Virus record (IMG/VR): IMGVR_UViG_3300046779_000345
Location: 1-24,678 of that record
Length of the DNA: 24,678 nt
Source: a virus
Taxonomy: Duplodnaviria; Caudoviricetes
Reading direction: 5' to 3' (one strand)
The notes under the pieces are model-generated. The model made no database searches, was not told the origin of the DNA, and saw nothing but the letters and a program-made list of their open reading frames with translations. The translations under genes and the position numbers were made by a program. Every line of letters starts with the position of its first letter. Position 1 is the first letter of the stretch. Below, piece by piece: positions 1 through 7,500 of this stretch.

Positions 1-383
1 ATTGCATTATACACATCAGGCAATTTATTATCATCAATAAATCTTCTATAGTCACGAACTTGAGAGATTTCCCCTTTGTAGTTACGAATAGAGGAACAAA
101 CTACAATATCTCTTTCTACAAGTATATCCCACCAATAATCAATACTTACTGGTATAATCATATCAGCTTCTAATTTGATAGTGTGCTCATATGGGCTTGC
201 ATCGTACACTTGCCAATCGTTTGCTTGTCCGCCCATATCACCGTAAGGAAGGTCAGATGTTTTTATAATAGTTACATTTGCGTCTGGCATGCATCGTTTA
301 ATACTATCACTAAGTTGATTAGCACATTCTACATAGTCAACAGTATCAGTATTTTGAGCCATTATAACAAATCCTTTACTCAT
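1..383 (-). CDS. GT-A-fold glycosyltransferase-like protein, paralog of 376..1158 (3' end outside the window)
   Basis: Absent from the ORF track. Manual translation from ATG at 383 is open to the window edge: MSKGFVIMAQNTDTVDYVECA...DWQVYDASPYEHTIKLEADMII...DDNKLPDVYNA. The start overlaps the upstream stop (ATGAGTAA, 376-383). It shares the MSKG...N...DY and SPY[DE]xTxxL[DE]xD motifs with the upstream gene. Confidence 0.8.
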   Translation of the reverse strand, partial: MSKGFVIMAQNTDTVDYVECANQLSDSIKRCMPDANVTIIKTSDLPYGDMGGQANDWQVYDASPYEHTIKLEADMIIPVSIDYWWDILVERDIVVCSSIRNYKGEISQVRDYRRFIDDNKLPDVYNA

Positions 384-1158
384 TTACTAACTCCATAAAG
401 TTTTCTTTATCTAGCATGTGAAAGTCTGTATCCGAGACTACGATGTATTCAACTTTTTTATCTACTTTTTTTGTTAAAGTATAAGTTGTATTGCTGTTTT
501 TGTAAACTTTGACTGTTGGGTTGACATGCACTAATGACCAAGGTATATAGTCCTGCGGGTTTTCTAGTCCACCATTCACTATATGTAAAGCGATAGTAAG
601 AGCATAGTCGTTTCGGAAAGTTGTGTTTAGTGTAGCGTACAAATCACAATAGTGTTCATAATTATTTTGAACCATACTCATACACTCAAATATTTGCTTA
701 GTTCTATTTGTCTTTTTGAAATATATAACAGTAGCCCACAATGTGTCTACGAATCGTGTTCCTACTTGTTCTTGAGGAGATTCGTTTAGTAACAGAAAAC
801 TAGTATTTTTGTGACACATAAAGTCATCATACAACTCAAATGGCTTCAGTAATGTTTTGCTATTAATTAGGTAATCGGTGTCCAACAATAAAGTCTCATC
901 ATACGGTGATAATTCGTAAGCCTTATGTCTTCCTTTATTAATCCAAATAGTTTCGCCTTTTGTATTAGATGTGATTGCTGGTTCGATTAATATGTTATCG
1001 AATATGTTTTCGTATTTAGATAAGTCGGTACTTGAGTCCGTGACAACGGATACTGGTAGATTGAGAAATTCATTAACTCGTTTACCAGTTTTAACTGCCA
1101 TTTCAAAATAGTCGGTGACGCCATTATTGAAGGCAAATAGTAATACACCTTTACTCAT
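376..1158 (-). CDS. Putative nucleotide-diphospho-sugar transferase (GT-A fold, GT8-like)
   Basis: 260 aa with an N-terminal beta-alpha unit (GVLLFAFN...DYFEMA), LPVSVVTD...FDNIL, and NKGRHKAYELSPYDETLLLDTD carrying a DxD motif after a hydrophobic strand. A late RND..L motif and a terminal H (DFHM) also fit the GT-A/GT8-like layout. ATGA overlap with the upstream gene. Confidence 0.7.
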   Translation of the reverse strand: MSKGVLLFAFNNGVTDYFEMAVKTGKRVNEFLNLPVSVVTDSSTDLSKYENIFDNILIEPAITSNTKGETIWINKGRHKAYELSPYDETLLLDTDYLINSKTLLKPFELYDDFMCHKNTSFLLLNESPQEQVGTRFVDTLWATVIYFKKTNRTKQIFECMSMVQNNYEHYCDLYATLNTTFRNDYALTIALHIVNGGLENPQDYIPWSLVHVNPTVKVYKNSNTTYTLTKKVDKKVEYIVVSDTDFHMLDKENFMELVNE

Positions 1159-1460
1159 CGTTTACTTGACAGGTCGTTGAATTCGTATAACCAAGCATCC
1201 ATTACACTGACATAAATTTCGTTTGCTTTTAGCAATAGTAATTTTCTATCAACTTGAACTGGGTTACCATAATCGTCAATTAAGATTAGTGTTTTTGCAG
1301 TAGAACTGTTTAGTTGGGATAGTAATGCCGGTGTTATTTTCCACAACCCACCTTGATCGGCGAGTACGAGTTTACTTTGATATTTTTCGCTTAGATATTT
1401 TTTAGCACTATTGTGATTAAATCGTGCTTTAGCGTCTGCTAATAGTTTTTTGGTATCCAT
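1155..1460 (-). CDS. Small phage protein of unknown function (possible fibre assembly chaperone)
   Basis: 101 aa with a strong AGGAG SD before the ATG; its stop overlaps the next start. The function is a guess from its position after fibre-like genes. Confidence 0.7.
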   Translation of the reverse strand: MDTKKLLADAKARFNHNSAKKYLSEKYQSKLVLADQGGLWKITPALLSQLNSSTAKTLILIDDYGNPVQVDRKLLLLKANEIYVSVMDAWLYEFNDLSSKR

Positions 1461-1489
1461 AAATACTCCTAGAAGTATTTACTGGATAC
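1453..1489 (-). promoter_or_regulatory. RNA hairpin covering the SD end and AUG of the 101-aa gene, with the late-promoter-like motif in its 5' arm
   Basis: mRNA reads GUAUCCA-G-UAAAUACU [UCUAGG] AGUAUUUA-UGGAUAC, giving 15 Watson-Crick pairs with a single bulge. Confidence 0.75.
1476..1481 (-). promoter_or_regulatory. Putative late promoter TAAATA (GTAAATACT)
   Basis: Intergenic, 15 nt before the ATG at 1460; resembles the T4 late -10 box TATAAATA and recurs at the other gaps. Confidence 0.65.
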
Positions 1490-1507
1490 TAGTGTTGCCC
1501 GTTAATT

Positions 1508-2476
1508 TTAAGAACCAGTTACTGATCCCGCAAGGGTAATTGTGCCTGCGCCAACTGATCCCCAACTATTTGTTAGTCTTGCAGTTGATGGTGGTCTTAC
1601 AGTTACTGTTACATTTGTTCCAGATGCTACTGGAATACCAGTCGGAACTTCTTTCCATACAGTAGTGATTGTAATCACATTACCATTATCACCATTGGAA
1701 CCTTGTGTTCCGTTTGTTTTCATGCTAATAGAGATATATGAATTCACATACCCGTGATATGCAGTTACACCACCTTGACGATATACTTCTTGGTCAACTG
1801 TTGTTAGACCAAAATAACCTAAGTTTTGATTATAGGTTACGACTCCACTAGTGCTGCCACCTATTTTAGAGATACCAGTATATTCAGTACCTGCAATAGA
1901 AACTACACCTGATGTATGTCCGCTTAGTACGATTGTACCCGCAGCTTGAGCCATTGCGTAGAATACTCCATCGGCTCGTGAGCCTGAAGGTGTATCTAAT
2001 GTGATTGCTAGTTGTCCGCCTGCATTAAAGAAATAGCGAGCCTTGTCACCTGATTGGAAAGTAACAGTTTGTGTAAATGTTACTGTGTCACTCCAAGTAC
2101 CACTTCTAGTAACAGTATTAGCAGAAGTTGAACCTTGTGCCGATGCATTTAAACGGTTATCATATACTGCTGTTACATTATTAACTAATCCAGTTTGAAA
2201 TGTAATTGTTCCACCTACTGCAGGTGTTGACATTGTAGTATATGCTGTGCCTTGATGTATTGCTGAGTTCGCTACACTTGAGAATAAAGATGACCAACTA
2301 TTAGCGTTTACTTCTGTGTATTGGTTTACTAATTGGATTGGAGTTTGTCCATAACCTTTATTTCCACTGCCAATACCCCAAACAGTATTGAATTCATTGA
2401 CATTGGTAGTTGTATTTGCGCCAACAATGGCGTTATAGTCAACTGCTTCAATAATTTCATTTGTTGAGTATGTCAT
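1508..2476 (-). CDS. Putative virion (tail/baseplate-associated) structural protein
   Basis: 322 aa, Gly/Thr/Ser/Val-rich and beta-type in composition, with motifs WGIGSGNKGYGQT and ARYFFNAGGQL. TAAGGA SD; lies directly after the fibre gene. Confidence 0.7.
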   Translation of the reverse strand: MTYSTNEIIEAVDYNAIVGANTTTNVNEFNTVWGIGSGNKGYGQTPIQLVNQYTEVNANSWSSLFSSVANSAIHQGTAYTTMSTPAVGGTITFQTGLVNNVTAVYDNRLNASAQGSTSANTVTRSGTWSDTVTFTQTVTFQSGDKARYFFNAGGQLAITLDTPSGSRADGVFYAMAQAAGTIVLSGHTSGVVSIAGTEYTGISKIGGSTSGVVTYNQNLGYFGLTTVDQEVYRQGGVTAYHGYVNSYISISMKTNGTQGSNGDNGNVITITTVWKEVPTGIPVASGTNVTVTVRPPSTARLTNSWGSVGAGTITLAGSVTGS

Positions 2477-2485
2477 AGTAATTCC

Positions 2486-3703
2486 TTATTTGATAACTAC
2501 GACAGCCTCTATCAATCCTTCACTATCATCAAGTTTAGTTTCTAGTGAACGACCAATTGTGTTGAATGGTGTTAATTCTTCTTTAGTTCCTGCACGAGCC
2601 TTGCCGTTACCAGCACTGACTAGGCGATCATTTTTATTAACTTTACCAACTACATTAACTTTAACTCTACCGACCAATGCGATAGCAGGGTGAGATTCAT
2701 CTGTACCTGCTGGGCCGTTCATCAAATATGCAGCAGTATTTGATACAACACCAAATACATTTTCACTTAAATCATCTTTGACAGCAGTAACTTCTTTTTC
2801 ACCGCCTAATTCAACTACAGTACCTACTGCATACACAGCATCAGCTTCATAGCGTTCTGCCAAGTCAGCATAAGTTGCTTCAATACGGGCACCTGTATCT
2901 AATGTCCATTGACCGCTGATTAAGCCGCCACCTGCTAGATAACTTGTTGTAACCTTAGTTGGAGCAATGTTACCTGAGAATTGTGTTACACTGTTTGCAC
3001 CAGTTAAGAAATCGCTAACGTTAGCATTTGTGTAAGTACCTGAGAAACTAACCTCAGTGCCATCACCATACATATACTTGTCACACTTAATACCAACGGA
3101 AGTTGAACTAAATGCAACGTTACCTGTACTAACTGTTAGCGCATTACCTGTACCACTAACTGTCCAACGACCAGTTAAAGTACCTGCTGTGCTTGTTGAT
3201 CCTGCAGAGATTGCTGGAGTATTGATACCGTTACCTAAACCACTTGTGTTAATAACTCTAACATTAATAATATCAGCATTAGCGTTGCTTGTGATGAAGC
3301 AGTTTGTACCAAAGATGTTACCAGTAACATCTACTTTACCATTGGATACGATGATGTTACCATTTGGTAGTGTGATATTACCTGCATTCAAATCACTTAA
3401 TGTTGTTGTGCCTGCAGAACTTGTAAGAGCTAATGTTGGCCATGCTGAAGCAGTCGTATTTCCGTCATTTGGGCAAATATGCATTGTGTTCAATGTTGTA
3501 TTGTACCACAATTGACCTCTCAATGGGTTTGCTGGTGGAGTTGATGCTGCAAAGTTTTCCAACAATCTTACAAAGTTGGTGTCAACTGCTTGACCATAAC
3601 CTGCATAATTACGACCCGGTAAAGATACTGAGGTCTGTGTGTTTAGTGTACCGTCTTGAACAGTGATGATGCCCCCACCGCTTCTTACAATTGTATATGC
3701 CAT
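2486..3703 (-). CDS. Tail fibre/appendage-like protein with a C-terminal intramolecular-chaperone (peptidase G2-like) domain
   Basis: N-terminal anchor-type segment GRNYAGYG...NFVRLLENFA...GQLWY, a Gly/Asn/Thr-rich shaft, and C-terminal YADLAERY...GTVV...VFGVVS...IALVGRVKV..VG, resembling the DYAE-type auto-cleaved domain of phi29 gp12. GGAG SD. Confidence 0.7.
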   Translation of the reverse strand: MAYTIVRSGGGIITVQDGTLNTQTSVSLPGRNYAGYGQAVDTNFVRLLENFAASTPPANPLRGQLWYNTTLNTMHICPNDGNTTASAWPTLALTSSAGTTTLSDLNAGNITLPNGNIIVSNGKVDVTGNIFGTNCFITSNANADIINVRVINTSGLGNGINTPAISAGSTSTAGTLTGRWTVSGTGNALTVSTGNVAFSSTSVGIKCDKYMYGDGTEVSFSGTYTNANVSDFLTGANSVTQFSGNIAPTKVTTSYLAGGGLISGQWTLDTGARIEATYADLAERYEADAVYAVGTVVELGGEKEVTAVKDDLSENVFGVVSNTAAYLMNGPAGTDESHPAIALVGRVKVNVVGKVNKNDRLVSAGNGKARAGTKEELTPFNTIGRSLETKLDDSEGLIEAVVVIK

Positions 3704-3732
3704 TTTTTTAGTGCTCCGCTAATATTATCTAG

Positions 3733-3738
3733 TATTTA
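3733..3738 (-). promoter_or_regulatory. Putative late promoter TAAATA (GATAAATACT)
   Basis: Intergenic, 29 nt before the ATG at 3703. Confidence 0.65.
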
Positions 3739-3740
3739 TC

Positions 3741-4361
3741 TTAAATTGTGACTAAGTTTGTCAAGCTCTGTATTCTGATTGTATAATCAACCTGAATCTG
3801 TCTGTTTAAAGCCTTCTGAACAGGGTGAAAAATCACATGAGTTAACAACTTTGTCAATTCGTTTCCTGATGAGTCTGTGCCGTAATTGCCCAATAATCCC
3901 AACTCGTCAAAAACATATGGGGATTCTGTCTGTGATCCATTGTCAAACGCTAATTGACCTGCTGGTTCACCATAATCTAATAAACATTGGACAACAATAT
4001 CGGTATAAACTTTACCAGAAACATGCCCAACTGTCATTTTGTTTCTTAGTTGGTCAGTGTTTGCAATGTTTGTATCGTCTACGATTTTAGAATAGGTTTG
4101 ATGGTACAAACTTGCATTTTGACCAGTAGTATTTGTAGGCAAATAAGTGATAATACCTGTCTCATCTACACTGGCTCCACCGTTCCCGAAAGCCATCTTG
4201 TAAATTGTGCCTACTCCCCTGTTGCTAAGAGAATCAGCAATAGCAATACTGATATTTTCATAGTGTATTGCATTCTTTTTATCCACGAATATTTCACCGT
4301 TATTGGGGTCGTAAATCTTTAGGAAACCCTCAATTTGAATTGGAATTTGAATAGTTGACAT
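3741..4361 (-). CDS. Putative baseplate structural protein
   Basis: 206 aa with the motif FDELGL...LLTHVIFHPVQKALNRQIQVDYTIRI. It lies between the giant protein and the fibre gene, comparable to the position of T4 gp8 (positional inference only). Confidence 0.7.
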   Translation of the reverse strand: MSTIQIPIQIEGFLKIYDPNNGEIFVDKKNAIHYENISIAIADSLSNRGVGTIYKMAFGNGGASVDETGIITYLPTNTTGQNASLYHQTYSKIVDDTNIANTDQLRNKMTVGHVSGKVYTDIVVQCLLDYGEPAGQLAFDNGSQTESPYVFDELGLLGNYGTDSSGNELTKLLTHVIFHPVQKALNRQIQVDYTIRIQSLTNLVTI

Positions 4362-4510
4362 TAATTATCGCCCCGTACTTGTACTAATATTTCTTCTGAA
4401 TTTGGATCGTAAATCTTTACCATGGAACTGAAGTAAAAGCCGCCATGCTCGTTGACTGGCTTTTTATCTTCTTTGTCCTCAATAATTTGGATATTTTCTT
4501 TATTGTCCAT
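4361..4510 (-). CDS. 49-aa micro-protein resembling the N-terminus of the downstream 206-aa protein
   Basis: Manual translation: MDNKENIQIIEDKEDKKPVNEHGGFYFSSMVKIYDPNSEEILVQVRGDN. It fills the gap between neighbours, has a TAATG stop/start overlap at 4359-4363, and shares KIYDPNxxEIxV with the next gene. Confidence 0.8.
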   Translation of the reverse strand: MDNKENIQIIEDKEDKKPVNEHGGFYFSSMVKIYDPNSEEILVQVRGDN

Positions 4511-4514
4511 AAAC

Positions 4515-4520
4515 TATTTA
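4515..4520 (-). promoter_or_regulatory. Putative late promoter TAAATA (GATAAATAGT)
   Basis: Only 4 nt before the ATG at 4510. A second TAAATA lies at 4539-4544, in the last codons of the giant gene. Confidence 0.6.
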
Positions 4521-4530
4521 TCTTTTAAAA

Positions 4531-7500
4531 TTATACCGTATTTAAGAATATCGCTGCCGGGGTAGTACTCTGAGTCAACGGATCTCCGTAAAGCGTATCA
4601 ATTACCCAACTATTCCAAGTCTCGTCATAATACATATCAGGTAACATATTAGTTGAATTTAAAGGATATACTAGGTCATATATATCATGCGCTGTTGGTG
4701 AAGTTCCACCGACTCCCCTAATCAATCCGGAAACTGTATTCGACCCAACATCTACGGATGTGAATCTAATCATTTCAGTGCCTATTAATATCGTATTTCC
4801 ACCATTTATCTTGGTCACATCATCAACATATAATACATCACCGTTTATTGTCAATGGAGATGATACTATATATGCAGTGTCAGGATTGTTAACTCGGTAT
4901 ACATGGCTTTCACCTGTTTTAGTAACTATTAAAATGAATCTTGTTTCCAATGATCCATCAATTGATGTGACTGTCATAATTAGGTTATCAGAAACAACAC
5001 CAGCAACTAATTCTTCTGGACCATAACCAAACAAGAAATCATTACCCTTAATAGTGTAGTCAGGTTCTTCCTGGTTCAAGTCTGATTGGTTGATCCATGT
5101 CTGACCATCTGTACTTGTCAATACTGTGTTGTCGTATCCTACAGCATAGAACTTCGCTCCATCATAAATTACTTCAGAAAGATGCTGTGTAGTTAAATTA
5201 GAATCGGTTGCTTGGCTATAAGTGACACCATCACTACTATATAAAATAGTTCCGTTATCACCGACAATAACATAAACACCATTGCCAAATGCACCAGAAC
5301 GCAGTGTGTCAGTAATAGCAGAACCAGAAATTGTTGCAGGGTCCCAATTATGTGCATTGGTACTTGTCCAAATTTCTGAGTTCTCACCGCCTGTTACAAG
5401 TAAACTTGTACTACTGAAAACAAAGAATAAATCAACAGTTGATATATTAGGTGTTTGGATAGTCCAAACATTTCCGTCTAAACTAGTAACAATTCTACTT
5501 ACAGTTTCAACTACTGGAGCAGCAGTACCTATACCTGAAACAGCAACTTGTCCCGATCCAACTGCTACTAAACCAGTAAAATTAGGAATATTGAAATAAT
5601 CAATAAAATTTAATTTGTTTGGCAAGTTGCTGTTAAATGAGAATGCTTGAGTCCAGTTTACTGCATTGTCACTCTTAGAAATGTCACTGCCTACAGCAAA
5701 GAACTTGTTATCAAAACTAGCGGTAGATTGTAACGCACTTCTAGTACTATTGATTTGTGTATTACTAAATGCATCGATATCGAATGGTAATGTATCGAAC
5801 GGAGAATATTCTCCAACAGTGATCCATCGTGTCGCATCATAACTGATTAAGATAGGCACATCATTTGTATTTGTAGTAATGATATATACACCATTAATAA
5901 ATGATATCTCAGTAGCAGTTAAAACTTTATTAGCGATGTTTAGCATAGACCATTCAGTTTCGTCACCGACTAAAACTAATGTTGAATCATCTGTATCAGC
6001 TACGGCTACATAGCGTGATCCATCATAAATGATAGACTTAATATTAACTCCTGTAGGAGTGAATGGTAAGTCCTTAACTATGTAGTCTATAGGCAATTCT
6101 TCTTCTGGTGCAAAACTATTACCATAATAAACATTATTAGGATATGTTACACCATTGACCAGTTGACCTAAATCTTTTCCTGGCATTCCCATTGTAGGTT
6201 GATAGAATGCCATGATGCGGTCTAAAGCATTAACTTCAGTTGAAGATAAATCTACCTCGACCCATTTAGTATAGTCAAATGTAGTATCACTGTTTGATTG
6301 TATACAACGGTAAATCTTGTTGTTATAAGATACCAATGAACTATTGTTAGTCAATGGTTCAGGAATAAATGCTTGGTCACCGGCAGCAAACGCAAATGTT
6401 GCTTCTTTTGCAGGTACCGTAAATTTCGCATTTTCATACACAGCTAACTCAGTACTAGAAATCGGATTCAAATAATATGATTCAAATTCTGAAACAGGGG
6501 TTCCCTGAATAGAAGATAACTGTATCCCACCGGTATTTGTAACATATGAAATAGTAATTACTGCATCATTAGTTCCATCTACTCCGCCCAATAAAGAACC
6601 TAAAATAGTAACAGTGTCACCATCACTATAGCTTGTTCCTTCTTCACCCGGAGCAATATAATATTCATATTCTCTTGTGATGTTATTAGGATTAAATGTT
6701 GGTCTAGTAATCGTAATAGTTGCTAATGTATTATCATATCCTGGATCTGATGGATCGTTATAAACATAAGGTGCATATGTCTTGTAAACATATAATAACT
6801 GTCCCTTAATTTGTCCAGGCTCTAATGTAGTTGTAGAATAATCAATTTCTAATATCGCAGTACCATTAACATCAGCGGTAACATCAGTGATATCTAATAC
6901 TGTTCCTACAGTACTTACAGGAGTCTCAACTGATGAAACTTCACTTGTACTTGCACTAGTTTCTGGACTGTTAAATGGTGACGCCCAGAAACCACCAGGT
7001 ACCCATACTTCAACATTAGATTGATAGCTAGTTCTGTCAAATCTTAGAGTTGTGCTCAATCCACGAACACGAGTATTTCCCACTGTAGGTATTGCTCTTG
7101 CTGAGATACCTAAAATAAACTCATACCCTGAACTACTATAACTTGCATTGAATGGGTAAGTGAAATGACCCAACAATGCTTCTTTTTTATTTGTGTGCAA
7201 TGACAATACCTGAGCAGTCGATCCATTGAAAACAATATCTGATATCACACGGACATAGTAATAACCATCAGGCACAATACCTATAGCTCCTGTCTTAGTT
7301 TCAAATTTAATTAGTTCACCGGTATCAAAGATGTCAGTTCGTACAATTAAAGTATTGTTGTTTAAGTTAATAGAATCGGAAGTTTCAGTGAAACTTTGAC
7401 TATATCCAAATATAATCTCAGGTGTTGTAACATATCCCTCACCTGGATCAATTGTTTGGACTGCAATGACCTTGTCAGCAGACATAACGGCTTTTAATAC

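Noticed and set aside
1445-1495. Hairpin at 1453-1489 as an intrinsic terminator
   Set aside because: No U-tract follows the stem on either strand, and the stem overlaps a start codon, so RBS masking fits better.
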